From NCBI RefSeq assembly GCF_036365525.1, contig NC_090395.1, forward strand, positions 28,288,762 to 28,352,761: a stretch of 64,000 nt of DNA. Reading direction: 5' to 3'. A program made the translations under genes and the position numbers. This document shows, in pieces, positions 36,065-49,544 of this stretch (positions are counted from its first letter, which is position 1; every line of letters starts with the position of its first letter). The notes under the pieces are model-generated. The model did no database searches. It saw only the letters and a list, made by a program, of their open reading frames with translations, and was not told where the DNA came from. The stretch comes from Heterodontus francisci. Its lineage: Eukaryota.

Positions 36065-36200
36065 AAAATAAAAAGCAGAAAAATGCTGGAAATACCCAGC
36101 AGGTCAGGCAGCATCTGTGGAGAGAGAAACAGTTGATGTTTTGGGATTGATCACCTTTCGTCAACTCCTGCCCGAGAAGGTTGATCTGAACAGGTTAGCT
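36065..36200 (-). mobile_element. Degenerate Penelope-like terminus
   Basis: aaaatgctggaaatacccagcaggtcaggcagcatctgtggagagagaaac, homologous to 23081 and 52378. Confidence 0.7.
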
Positions 36201-37699
36201 ATTTTTCATTGCAAACTCTGCTTTAATCTTCACCCAAAGTAAAAGGTTGCTTTGAGAAGTAACCCTATTAGCAATCCAGGATGTCTCTTTGGCATTTATA
36301 GGTTAGAATTATCATTCAGTAGGCCATTTGAAAAGGTGGGTCAGCAAGAGTGATTCTTTGGCAGGAAGTGATCAGTGACAATAGTGTTCTGCAAAGAGCT
36401 GAATGGTACATCATTCCTTACAATTATATTATTGACATTGCCAGCAAGGCCCCACAGCTAACAATGTTTGATGAGCAAGCATCTTTGCCACAGAAAGACC
36501 TATTGTCCAGTTTACATTGGCTGTGAAGATCTGTATTATTCAAGTTGGACTTGTGTTCTAAAAGTGATTATAGGCACAAGGATCCATTTTAGATGCCAGC
36601 TCACCTCCCTACTTGGGTTTTTAGGTCTTCTAGTTTTCACGTGATTCAGCAAATGTTACTGGTCAGAAAGTCAGGTTTGATCTTTCTTGAAATGGAGCGA
36701 TCCTTACATCTCCCATCACTCATTGTTAATGGCTTTTGTGTTTACGCTGGAACGAAACACCCAGCAGCCAACCACTGCCTGAATTTAACACCAACTGCAC
36801 TTTGGATTCAAATTCAAGGGAATTCTTGTCCCTTCCTGGACAACATTGACTTGTGGTGGTGGGGGGGGGGGGGTGGGGGGAGATGCACTGACCTTACAGG
36901 CAACCTCCCTTCTCTTGCTGTGCCGCCACCAAGCATGTTTTTGCTGTTAACCCCTCCTGCCCATTTGCCTCTTTTTCCTAAACACTTCCAGCACGTTGCA
37001 TGACTAAAAAGCTGCTGCTTCGACCCATTTTTATTTCTGGGCTTGTCCACATTCTTTATATTCTCAGTAAAAGTGAGACTCATGGTTTGTTAAACCATGG
37101 GATTGACAACAGCAGAGGAAGAAGTGAACAGAAAAGAGATAACAAGAAAGGCTTGGACAACCAAATCCTGGTTATTGGGACACCCACTTCTAAATTGTCC
37201 TCATTCAGTAGACAAGTCTAATTTAAATAGTGTGGGGATCAATTGGACTTAGAATTCCAGTTAACTAGTGTCTTCTATACAATGTATTAAAAGGTTCCTC
37301 CTTTAGATGGATTGAAGTCAATTCAGAGGCAATAACAGCTTTGATTACATTCTTCAACTTGAGACAACATTTAAAAAAAAAAAAAGGGGGAACTCTTACT
37401 CTTATATTTCTTTTGCCAAAGTAAATTTAGTTCTCACCAATGCAGTCCCTCGTGAGATATTAGAGCCACATTACTGTGCTCTATTTTAAAAGAATTCTAG
37501 CATGTAAACTAGATTCCTGTGTTCGAACCCCCAAAAAATGTGATTGAATTTAGATTATCCAGCCTGCAATGCATTCTGGGCTAACTTGTGCTGGAAACAG
37601 TTTTTCAGAGTTTTGGGAGTTTCTTGAAGTGAAAGTGGAAAATGGAGCCAAAACAGGTACAGAACAAGGCATCAGTTAGCCAGAGTGTTGCCACCCTCC

Positions 37700-38330
37700 A
37701 CAGAATGCACCTCATGGAGGAGTATCAACATCCTGGTAGTTACCATTGACCAGAAACTCAACTGGAGCAGCCACATAAATACTGTGGCGACAAGAGCAGG
37801 TCAGAGGCTGGGAATTCTGCAGTGAGTAACTCACCTCCTGACTTCCCAAAGGCACATGTCAGGAGTGTGATGGAATACTTTCCACTTGTCTGTTCGTGGA
37901 GCCATACTCATCTACTCAGGAAGCTTGACACCCCATCTACCACCTTCAACATTCACTCCCTCCACCAATGCATAGTGGCAGCAGTGTGCATCATATACAT
38001 GATGTGCTGCAGCAACTCACCAAGGCTCCTTAGACAGCATCTTCCAAACCCACAACTTCTACCACCTTAAAAAAAGGACAAAGGCAGCAGATGCATGGGA
38101 ATGCCACCTTCTGCAAATTGCCCTCTAAGCCACACAGCATTCCGGACTTGGAAATATATTGCCGTACCTTCACGGTCGCTGGATCAAAATCTTGGAACTC
38201 CCTTTCTAACACTGTGCGTGGACTGCAGCGGTTCACGAAGGTAGCTCACCACCACCTTCTCTAGGGCAATTAGGGATGGGCAATAAATGCTGGCCTGGTC
38301 AGTGAGGCCCACATCCCATGAAAGAAAAAA
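37700..38330 (+). mobile_element. RTE-type LINE 3' end
   Basis: TIDQKLNWSSHI...AGQRLGIL and HVRSVMEYFPL remnants; tail gggcaattagggatgggcaataaatgctggcc...cccacatcccatgaaaga. Confidence 0.8.
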
Positions 38331-38627
38331 ATAGTAGTAAGACACAACCCTTAGTGGTGAAACAAAATACAATGTTACAGACTGCCAGCTTGATAGGAGC
38401 AGGTTCTGAACTCTTGACAAAGAAATTGTTTACTCTATGACCTTGAATTTTCATTAGTAAAGACATTAGATCTCCCAAGGAATTTTCAATTTGTGACTGC
38501 TGTTTTAATAATAGTGTTCAGAAAAGCAGGTCCTGCTGCAATTCCTACATTAAATAGAATCCTGATCTCTAGTAATAGTTTCCCTTTACCCGAATGACAT
38601 GCACACCTCCAGCTGAAGGGAATTTTT

Positions 38628-39020
38628 TTATTCTTTCATGGGATGTGGGCATCGCTGGCAAGGCCAGCATTTGTTGCCCATCCCCGATTGCGCTTGAACT
38701 GAGTGGTTTGCTGGGCCATTTCAGAGGGCAGTTAACAGTCAACCACATTGCTGTGGGTCTGGAGTCACATGTAGGCTAGACCAGGTAAGGAAGGCAGATT
38801 CCTTCCCTAAAGGCCATTAGTGAATCAGATGGGCTTTTATGACAATTGATGATAGTAATGGTGCCATAAAAACAGACCAATTCCAGATTTTTAATTAATT
38901 GAATGTATTAATTGAATTTAAATTCCACTAGCTGCCATGGTGGGATTTAAATCTGTGCCCGCAGGGCATTAGCCTGGCCCACTGGATTACAGGTCCAGTG
39001 ACATTACCACTACACCACCA
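38628..39020 (-). mobile_element. tRNA-derived SINE (Meta-domain-like)
   Basis: Reverse complement of 63465-63850. Confidence 0.85.
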
Positions 39021-39094
39021 GCACTGTATCCAACTCATGTCTAATTGCCCAGTCAGTGCTAGCACAAGCTAACCTCTTCAATGGAGGGAGAGGC

Positions 39095-39812
39095 AATATA
39101 CACTTAATGGCACAGTTCTAAAGAGAGTGTGCAGGGGCAGACGATCCTGGGGGGTTTATGTGCATCGATCTTTGACAGTGGCAGGACATAGAGAAAGCAT
39201 ATGGGATATTGGGCATCATAAATATAGAGGTATGCAGTACAAAAAGGAAGTCATGTTGAAATTTTACAAAGCTCTGGTTAGGCCATAACTAGAGCATTGC
39301 ATCTGGTTCTGAACACCACACTTCAGGAAGTAGGTGAGGGTCCTTGAGAGGGTGCAGAGGATATTTAAATAAATGGTTCAAGGGATGAAATTTTGCTACA
39401 AAGGTTAGGCAGGAGAAGCTGGGGTTCTCCTTGGAGCAAAGGAGATTGAGGGAGAGATTTGATAGAGGTGCACAAAATTGACAGGTTTAGATAAGGTAGA
39501 TAAAGAAAAGCTGTTCCAATTAGCTGATGGTGCATGGACTGGGGACACAGATTTAAGGCTTTGGGCTGGAGATATGGGGGGGAAATGTAAGAACTTTAAA
39601 AAAAAAAACACAGTAAGCAGTAACAGCCTGGAAATTTGCTGCCTATGAGGGTGATGGAAGCAGAGCTGATGAATGATTTCAAAAGGAAATGGATGGGCAT
39701 GTGAGGGAAATAAACTTGCAGGGCTACAAAGACAGAGGAGAAGAATGGGACTGATTGGATTGCTGTACAGAGAGCCAGCATGGTTTCGATGGGCTGAATG
39801 GTCTCCTTCTGC
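39095..39812 (+). mobile_element. CR1 3' fragment
   Basis: aaagctctggttaggcc...gggtccttgagagggtgcagagg...gatgggctgaatgg; same subfamily as 56177-56740. Confidence 0.85.
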
Positions 39813-40354
39813 TCTTTCTTGATGTTGGCCATCAGCTAAGATGGTACTTTAACAGGTATTGATTGCTAACTTGATGTGCACTGTAGAAGCAATTTTTATG
39901 AATGTCCCACACAGGGTTATTGATGGTTGACTGGATCTGTCAAACTGTTCTATTAAATAGAAAACAACTGGGTCACAGGAGTAGCTACTTCCTGGACCGA
40001 AGAGGAAATTCTCCAGCCAGCCACTTTATGCGCTTTGTGAAAGGCTGATGGTTTTGCACTTTTCCCACATAACACATTTCCTTTTCTAGTGCATTCTTAT
40101 TCTGCAGATTTTAAGAATGAGGAAATGGTAGAAGAAATAGGGTTTGAACGTAGCTTAACTGGTCCGAGCAGTGAAGGGGAATAGCAGCAACAAGAATTTT
40201 GGGAGGGGAGGGGGTGGTGGGAGAAAAAGATGGGAGGAGTGGGAGAATAGGATATTTCTTCTGGTGTAAACCCGAAGTGTTGACTGGGGTTAATTCATAT
40301 CTGCATGCAACTCTTGGGAAAATACAGAATACAAGACCAATGAAATCTCTCAAA

Positions 40355-40555
40355 AGACAGACTTGCATTTATATAGCATGTGTCCCAAAGTGATTTACAG
40401 CCAAAAGAACAACTTTTTGAAATGTAGACTATTGTAATATAGGAAATTTGGCAGCCAGCCAATTTGGACACAGCAAGGCTCCACAAATGAAAATGACCAA
40501 TTTTTTTAAAAAAGTAATGTTGGTTGAGGATAAGTATTGCCAGGATACTGGGGAG
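40355..40555 (-). mobile_element. Deu-domain SINE 3' fragment
   Basis: agacttgcatttatatagc...cagcaaggctccacaaa...ttggttgaggataa. Confidence 0.7.
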
Positions 40556-41284
40556 AAACAAGACTGTAAAATTGATCTTTGCAAAATTTATGTTCAGTTA
40601 TAAAATTGCTGTAAATTTGTAACTACAAACGTCATCTAGTGTTGAGAGTTTGAGTATATACAAAATCCTCCGTTCTGGCTGATCAATCCACTCTGGGACT
40701 GATGTATAGATTCTTCCCAGTGATTTGTTTAAAAGCATTAGGATATGACTTGTGATACAAGCAGTCATCTGTGAAAAGTACATCCCGTTATTTTATTTTA
40801 ACCCCTTCCAACACCATTACACCTCAATTCATTGAGTTGCATTGTACATTGCTGCATTGGTTTAGCAGGTTGCAGAAGGAGTGCAGGGAAAGTAATGATG
40901 TCCCAGTCAAGCAAAGCAGTGACCCTGGTTGTACAAGAGCACAAGGTGAAACGAGCTGATGGTTATCTTGGCTGTGCGTAACAACAATGTTAATTGGAGA
41001 TTGGAAGAGATACACTGAAACTAATGGCTACAGTAGATGTTCATGCAGCCCTGAAAAGAACCATTAGCCCAGGATTTAACAGTAAGACAGACTTGCATTT
41101 ATATAAAACTATTTTCATGAACTCGGGATGTCCCAAAGCTTCATAGCCAATGAAGTACTTTAAGTGTAGTCACTTGTGGTATAGCAATGCAATACTGGGG
41201 GAAAAAAGTCAATTTTGTATGTACAGAAAGATTGAAATCCTACAGATAGCACAAGTTAATAAATTTCAAGAACACAAGATAGCA

Positions 41285-41660
41285 GCTTCATTACAGGATG
41301 TATGCATAATGAGGAAATTTAGCTCACGATTAGATTGGAGAAGCTGGGGTTATTGTCCTTGAAACAAAGGAGTTTGAGGGGAGATTTGATGGAGATGTAC
41401 AAATGAGAGGTTTAGATAAGATGGACAAAGAAAAGCTAGTCCCATAGGACACTATTTAATGTAGTGAGTGATCATGCCCTGGAACTTGCTGCCTACGAGG
41501 GTTGTGGAAGCAGAGTCGATCAATGATTTTAAAGGAAACTGGATGGGCAATTGAGGGAAATAAACTTGCAGAGCCACAGGAATAGAGTGGAGGGAATGGG
41601 ACTGATTGGACTGCTCTAGAGAGAGCTGGCATGGACTTGAGCTGAATATAGCACAGAAGG
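41285..41660 (+). mobile_element. CR1 3' fragment
   Basis: ttagattggagaagctgggg...gagggaaataaacttgcag...gagagctggcatggac. Confidence 0.8.
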
Positions 41661-41924
41661 CAACCAATGACTGGCTTTTAGTTCCGGACTAGAGCTAATG
41701 GAGCTATTGCTGCCCTTTCTCTATTGGCTACCAATCTGGGATGATATTTCAGACAACTGTTTAATACAGAAACAGTTGTACCAACCAATCCATTATAAGT
41801 CAGAGATCCCAAATCCTACACTGCATTTTGAGACTATGGGGATGTGTTCGAGCATGGGCTGTTGCAATGAAGGAATCCTTGGATAGTGGTCGAGGTTCTG
41901 CAAAACACAAAGTATAAAAGATAG

Positions 41925-42420
41925 AACGAATGAACTTGCATTTCTATAGTGCCTTTCAGGACCTCCCAAAGCACTTTAGCGCCATGAAGTATTTTCGAAG
42001 TGGTCACTGTTATAATGTAGGAAACAGCAGCCAAATTGCAGACAGCAAGCTACCATAAACAGCATAGAACTATAGAAAAATTACAGCACAGAAGGAGGCC
42101 ATTCAGTCCAACATGTCTGTGCCAGCTGAAACAATGCAACAATGACCAGATTTTTTTTGTTTAATAAAGCATCACGTTGGTTGAAGGATGAATACTGGCC
42201 AGGACTTGCCTGCTGTTCTTCAAAAGAATCTTTTTTTGTCCACCTGAGAGGGCAGATAGGGCCGTTGGTTAACATCTTATCTGAAAAAGATGGCTTCTTC
42301 TGTGGCGCAGCACTCCCTCAGTACTGCACTGGAGTGTCAGCTTGGGGTTTTGTGGAGTTGGACTTGAACCCACAATCTTCCGCTCAGGCAAGAGTACTAC
42401 CCACTGAGCCACGGCTGACT
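41925..42420 (-). mobile_element. Deu-domain SINE with a short CR1 tail inserted (about 42063-42130)
   Basis: aacttgcatttctatagtgcctttc...gcagcactccctcagtactgcactggagtgtcagc...cccactgagccacggctgac, with catagaactatagaaaaattacagcacagaagg inside. Confidence 0.85.
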
Positions 42421-42659
42421 GAGGTAATTAATCTCAGGTGGTGGTGGAAAATGGGAGATATCTAATTGGTCGTCCATTCTATGCAGCACTTGAATATCAG
42501 GCTCTGCCTGTAACAGGCAGCCAGATATCTCTCACTTTGTGCTATTGCCCAAGACCCCTCATATTTAAAAAAATAAAATTAACCCAGGAATCTGCAAACC
42601 CATTTATAAAAATGACAGGTAAACTAATATTCTAAAGGGTAGACAGGAACAGTATATTC

Positions 42660-43660
42660 AAGTAGGAAGTATCCAGCGCGTCTTTAGAAAAGGATGATGT
42701 TCCTGAGCTTGCTCTTTGACAGGTCTTAAATTAAGTAGAGATTTGCATCGCTTAGATTAATTCTTTCACTAAAGTTTTCCAAAGTTCAAAATCCCATGTG
42801 AATAACTTCTAATTAAACGAAAGCCTGTAAGTATCCAGAGTAGAACATGGAACTGGATTAAGGTTGTTGAAACAATGGTCAAAAGCATAAATGTTAGAGA
42901 CTGGGAAAGGAGAACAAATCAGTGCTGGAACTCCTTGTTGCTTAATTATGAATTAATGACCTGAAAACCAAATGCAAGCTTTACAAATTTGTAAAGCCTA
43001 CTAAAATAGGAGGACCAGTGGATGCAGAGCGAGAGACTTACAGAAGGATTTTGATGGGGATTTGTCAACACGATATATTTGCATTTAACTTGAAGTATCT
43101 ATTATGGCCCTTTGAAGATTTGGTCAAGTAAAACATGAATGGTATTGAATTGGTAGAGACCTAGCCCCAGTGGCAAAGTCTTCATTTTCAACGTCTGGGC
43201 ATGTGCTGACAGTATATTAAAGAAAAACACATTTAGTCAGAAGTATAGAGTTAAGTATAGATTACACACTGATCAGAGCTGAGATGCTGCATTAATTATG
43301 GCCACAGTATCACAAAAGCGGTCCAAGTATTGGAAGGAGTGTAGAGTGCAACATCAACCCAAATGCAAAAGTGGCCAAATTATGTACAAAGACGCTTGTT
43401 GTGGGGGGGGAAGAAATGTAGGGGAGAAGAGAAAGACTGAGAAGGACCCATGAGGCAACACTAGATATTAAATTGATAAAGGTGACCTATTACGTTTTAA
43501 ATTAGAGTAGGACTGGGTAAAATAGGTTAAACCCATAATATGTAAATTGTTTGAAACAGTCGGTCAGGAAGTGTAGACAAGAGACGACATTAGATAATGC
43601 TAGAATGGGAGAGTTGGTGGTGTATTAAAGGATGGGACTTATTGTCCTTTTCTAGAACAG
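42660..43660 (+). mobile_element. Very old CR1-like remnant
   Basis: Degenerate aaatttg...actaaaataggagg (KFADDTKIGG-like), preceded by aactggatta and gtgctggaactc motifs in RT order. Confidence 0.4.
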
Positions 43661-44949
43661 AAATCAGATAAAATTAATATCGCAAATTTGCAACGAGGGG
43701 AAATAAATTCACCATAGATCCACCTCAGCATACCTGGACTGTGTGTCAGAGAACGGTTTTACTAAATGTAGGCAGCTGCTTCCAAAATGTCTTCCACCAG
43801 TGGGTATCAAGTTTTTCTGTATGGGGTGGGAAGAAAAGGCTTTTCCTGAAAATATAGACTACCTCAGAGACCCTCTGCTCCAACTTCCTAAAAGATACAT
43901 TCATCTAACTAAAAGGAAAACTGATTTCTGTTCTATTTGCAGAAAATAAGAAATCTCATTCTTTTAATGCCTGACTCCCATTCTGTGTCTATCTAAACTA
44001 CTCTGCCCAAGTTCAACAATGCCACACAATCTCCCAAAGTCATTGATACTCAATTAGATTTATAATAACTAGTTCTTTAACTATTGAGACAAACATTTGA
44101 GCAGACCAATGTAAATTACAAATTTACAGTTCCACTTCCAGCACGGATTTCTAGAGTAGCAGGTTGTACAAGGACAGCCAGTTAGCACTGCACCATATGA
44201 AATTTTAGTACTACTTTGCACATTAAAAATCATCATGACAATCTAAGCTCATCATAGCTTAGGTCAGCATCATTAATTCTGTATGGACATCAATTTGAAA
44301 TAAGACTCCTAATTTATGAAGCAAATAGTGCTACATGTTATCAAGATGATTAAGGCAGTTTGAAACCAAACTCCTCCCATCAACTTCATGGCATAACTTT
44401 AAGCCTCTAGAAAAGCTCGAAGGCTGCGAGGTCATCTCTAGTTTTATATGAGCAATAAATCTCCAGAGTTTCACACAGCATTTAGGATATAATCAATCGC
44501 ATATGTCTGTTATTTACTTTTTTTTTTAAAAAAAAGTTTAAAACAGGACACCAATCAGCAATAAGACCCCAGTGTTTTGATTTTTTTTTTTTAAATCTTG
44601 CATTCCTTTCAAATCTGGACATTTCCAGAGAAAATCAGCAGAATGGTTTTAAGCAAATGTGCAAGAGTAGGCAGTGGGTTTAACCTATTATCTTTAGGTC
44701 ATCTCATCCACAATTTTAACTTTTCAAATCGTACAAGGGTCACGGTAATCAAAAGAAATCCACTGATCGACCCTAGAGGATTCCCAGTTCACCTGCAACA
44801 GCTCCCAAAATTGTAAGCAAATGTCCCAGCGCCACTGGCTCCCATACCTCCATCAGCCAGCCCTAACTGCAGTCAGGAGCCTTTCCTGCCACTTTACAAA
44901 TTGAGAAGTGATACACCATTGTGTTGGGAGGCTTGTAACATATATTGGA

Positions 44950-45490
44950 AGTAGGGGGTGCGCGGGTTTTTCAGACCCATTTTTAATCTTCCTCAACCAA
45001 CAGGTTAAAATGACCTCCCGTGCGCTTTTTGTTCTGTTCATGCCTGCAGTCATTTTAAGTGTAGGTTTTAGATCTGGGAAAGGTGCCCACCGCAGGCAAG
45101 CGTGGCTTATGATGGTCATGAGGCAATTATGACTCCTGATGGGCATACAAGTGATTCCAGACCCACTAGCAAAGTCTGGAGGGGAGTGGGAGCAGAGCCA
45201 GAAGAGGCCCAGGATGGTAGGCAATTTGAATTTTTTTTATTGTTTCCTTGTGGGCTAGTCAGTCTTCTGGGTCCTACAAGGAAACCCTAGGCTTCCCATC
45301 TCAGGGTAAACTCCCCATGCTGCTATTCTCTTTGTCTGGAAAAATCCCACTCGCACCCATTGGTCAGGTAGGTTTTCCTGCCGCATTTGAATGGGAGTTG
45401 GACATCCAACATGAAAATGATGCTTGGGCATTAAAATCTCACCAGGTCTGAAGTGGCGCAGTCATGTTCACCCCCTCCCCGATATTAAGA
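44950..45490. mobile_element. Probable non-autonomous DNA transposon remnant
   Basis: GC-richer block with gcgggttttt...caggttaaaat and aaaatcccac...ggttttcctgccg motifs of the kind seen in Harbinger-type MITEs. No TIR pair confirmed. Confidence 0.35.
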
Positions 45491-46239
45491 GCGTTGTGTT
45501 CAGATCTCAATTTAACAGCTCAAAACCTTTATTTCCAAATCTCCAAGCCCACAATTTAAATCAGGCAATGCAGAAATAGAAGCTGAAGTAGCACTGAATT
45601 TCCAGGGCTCGAGGCCTTTAGATAACCTGTGGATGAGAGTTTGGACACCCCTGCACTGGGGATCCCTGTTTATCCCACTCAGGAATAAATATTATAAACA
45701 GAGCATTAGATCACCATTCAAATAAAGGATGCAACTGTGTGAAGTAAAAACAGGTGCCATCTGATCTACACAGTGAATCACAGGAGACCCTGAGCATACA
45801 GTCTTGTTGCACTGAGTGTCAGTCAAAGCAAAGGCACTCAAAGGGTTAACACACCATCCTATTCAAAGTGCTAAATCAGAGTTATTTTTACAAACCGGCA
45901 CAGTAACCCAGGATTTATTTGGCCTGCAATTTTATCTTGTATAAACAAAATCTACACTTGTTTCAATAAATACACTGCAGCATTGAATGGGCAATATTTG
46001 CCTTACAAGGCACTATCTTGACAGGCCAATACCAGCTCTCAGATTAGCTTCACAGGAACACCACAGCTTGCGTCTCAGGAGTAGTGGGAAACTTCCAAAA
46101 ACAGCACAGTAGCAGTGCTGGCAGTTGGACTCACACATTTACCAAGGGGCTTTAAGTCAGGTTGCATGCTCACAACTGCTTCATTAGATTATGAAACTTA
46201 GCCTTTCCTTAGTCCAATGTTACATGTAGTCACTATATA

Positions 46240-46410
46240 ATTCTAGCACAGAAACAAGCCATTCAGCTCAACTGGTCTATGCCAGTGTTTATACTCCAAA
46301 TGAACCTACTCATCCAACCTTACTTCATCTTAGCTTATCAGCATATCCTTCTATTCCTTTCTCCCTCATGTACCTCGCTTCCCTTTAAATGCGTCTATGC
46401 TAGTCATGTA
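46240..46410 (-). mobile_element. CR1 3' tail
   Basis: agcacagaaacaagccattc...atcagcatatccttctattcctttctccctcatg. Confidence 0.75.
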
Positions 46411-47534
46411 GACTAGAGAAAGCTTAATGAACCCCTCCACCTCTCAGCCTGGAGATTGGTACTACTATCACCAAGGATTCCACCCCCCAACCATCAACAT
46501 CATGGGTGAGGGGGTGTCACCATTGACCAGAACCTCAATAGGATCAGCCACATTAACAGGTCAGAGGCTGGGTATTTTGTTAAATTGAAGACTGTAATGT
46601 TCAGAATATCAGTAACGTGAAATATACATACACCAGTTAATGGAAATATATGGATATACATTTTATATATGGCCCTAAAGGTACCAAGGGTGTGAACCTA
46701 CATGGCCCACAAAGACTAAAATCTTGCACACTCCCTGGTCTAATCCATATTAGAATTTTCCTGAGAGAAGTTGGTCACCCATGCCAATGTTTAGAGTTGC
46801 AGGAACAAGTCCTGACTACACAAGACAAATGAGTCAGGGCACTTAGGACCTGTGGCCACAATTGTGACCCTCAGAAAACATTTAGTGACCAGCATTACCC
46901 TGTAAAAAATTCATTGGGGGAAAGAATTACTACTGGCACTTCAGGGCCTTGCAATTAGAGTGTCAGAATTAGAACCCAGTCTGGGGGGGGAAAAAAATCA
47001 ATTCAACACTCAAGTTCTTTTCTTTGCCCCCACCTTTTACCTGCCTTGATATTTTCAGCTCGATGGTGAATGTTGGTGCCATCGCTGGTAGACCCCCAGG
47101 ATAGAGAAGCCAGTGAGCCTGACTGGACAAGCGAGCAAAATCCACATTTGCTTATATAGCCTGTGGGTAACTTCTGTCTCTCAAGACAGCAGCACAGCTT
47201 CAAGTGTGTAAAAGCCAGAGATGCAGTCAAAGCTTTATGCAGGCTCAAAAACTACAGCTTTCATTAGTTTAGATGATTCATCCTTGGTAGGGTGTGGGGT
47301 GACACAGCGGAAGTAGCAGCAAAGCAAGTTGCTGAACAATCGGCAGAAAAATGTGTCATCCTTTGTTGCTTGTAGTGCCCTATCAATATGAACAGCCCTT
47401 TCAATTGAAGAGGATTTGAACAACCCCCTTACTACCCCCACTTTGAAACTCATGAAAACAAGTCACCAACTCCCAGAACATTGTCTGTTTGATGTAACCC
47501 ACAAAGCAGCTATATCCAATGTTTGCAGCTCAAC

Positions 47535-47920
47535 AGTGCCAGCTTGATAGCACCCTTGCTATCAAGTCAGCAAGTATTGGGTTCAAGCCTCACATAATTT
47601 AGGCTGATCCTCCAATTCATTACCGATAGGATCTCCTGCATTGTTGCAGGTGCCACCCTTCAGAGGAAATATTAAACTAAGGCAAGGCAATTATTTCCCT
47701 GTTAGAGGTTCCTGTGGACACAACACAACATTATTTGAAGATCAGGGAGCGCTCCTGGTCATCAGCTATTCTTTCCAGACATGGCACATAGATTATTAAT
47801 CTGTTTGTAGGATTTTGCTGTGTATTAAAAAAGGTTGCTATGTTCACCACAGCAATGAATGAAGTAAAAACCAACTGTTCAATGCTTTAACATGATATGC
47901 TATATAAATGCAAGTTCCTT
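47535..47920 (+). mobile_element. Degenerate Deu-domain SINE
   Basis: gggttcaagcc...taggctga...gctatataaatgcaagt. Confidence 0.65.
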
Positions 47921-49480
47921 CATTGTGATTAAACCAAGCGAATGCTGAAAAAAAACACAGCAAGTTCCACACTCGCTGGAATTTGCACCATTTTATAACT
48001 ATTTTGGAGTTAGTCTAATTAATACATTTGCATTAACCAGTGCAGAATAAAACTAGTTCCAGATACAAAATAGAGCAATTTGTATCTTTTACGCTGTTCT
48101 GCTTGTAAACCACGTCCATATTAAGAGGCTGCTTAACCCAAGGAGTCATCACCAGCACAGCGTATATAACGGAAGCAGTGCCAGAGACAGTGCTGCAGTG
48201 TTCTATTGGCAAGTGTTTGTAGGGCTACTAGATGCAAAACAGAGGCACAGAATGAACAGAAGAGTCCACCTTTGGTGCACAAGACTGGTCACTGGGGAAC
48301 ACACAAAGGCTGAGTGACACTACCTGCTGCTTTTCACCATCAGTTCAGGAATGAACTTGCTGTACTAGGCACACAGTGCTCAAATGGAGCAACGAGAAAC
48401 AAGGGTGAGGTAGGAGCAGTGTGCTTCCAACAGTAAGTCAATCCCCACTTCAGACCAGTTACTACCAGCTCCCCACTTCGAATTTTCCACTCAACTCCAG
48501 GCAAATTTTTTTTTATTAAAAACTTGAATAGAATTAATGGAAACTCAAAGATAACAATGCATGTGTAAATCGAAAATTCTCACCATTGATTGCATTTTGT
48601 TTTGTCTGTTTAGTGAAACCTGCTTAGAAATATTCACCTCTAACATGAAGCTATTCCTTAAATGTTTACATAAACAATATAGTCACAGTCCTCAGAACTG
48701 TGTTTCATGGGCCATTTGAATCAGTGGGTCACCCTCTTTTTACAGGTCTTGCACCAATAATCACTCACAGCTCATACAAAAACACTGCACAGTTACTATC
48801 TAAATAGAAAGAAAAAAAAATTAGTTATACATTCAGCAGAAGACTTGATAGCAGTCATTCTACCCCAAATACACTACAGGATTAAAAAGAATCTGCTTGA
48901 CTCTGTCTTTTAGTATAGCACCTAGGGCAGAACATTGAATCTTTAAAAGGCATTGCTTCTTACAGACCCAAAGTGCTGTGTTAGCTTGTCCTTTATGGAG
49001 CATTACATCACTTATTACCTCGAATTCCCAAGATCTTTGGCAACCCATTGTCTAAGGATGGAAAATACTTAGGAATAAGGATTAGCAGGGGCAGAAGCAG
49101 TCATTGATTGACGTAAAAGGCAAAGTTTTCACTAAATAAGTGATCATTCTTTTTAGGAAAATATCTATTGAATCCAAATAAGCATGAATTGGTGCCATAA
49201 ACCACACAAAAAGAATTATTCAGAGCTTCAGTGTAATTTGGATACAAGCATCATTTACTCAAACCAGTAACTATGACCAGATCTCGTGCCCATGTTAGGT
49301 GGTGTCTGCTCCATCGAGGTACAGACCCAAATTCCAAAGCTACTGCTTGAACTCATTTGACAACTGACTCCTCAAGGCAGGATTGTTGAACCAAGGTGAC
49401 CTGGGCAGGTTTCACTGTTGTGATTAACTGAATGAAAATTGTGTTCAATCCCATTAATGATGTGCTTTTCTTGAATTCAG

Positions 49481-49492
49481 GCAATGAATGTG
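49481..49492 (+). CDS. TEAD: TEAD 12-nt microexon (AMNV)
   Basis: cttttcttgaattcag|GCA ATG AAT GTG|gtaagt. It sits at the position of the 4-aa insert in TEAD3 (AMNL), TEAD2 (ALNV) and TEAD1 (VTSM), and has a consensus donor. Confidence 0.88.
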
Positions 49493-49538
49493 GTAAGTAT
49501 CTAATGAATTATATTGTCCATTTCTGTGTGTATGTTTG

Positions 49539-49544
49539 TGCATG
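49539..49544 (+). promoter_or_regulatory. Candidate RBFOX site downstream of the microexon
   Basis: TGCATG about 47 nt after the microexon donor. Confidence 0.55.
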
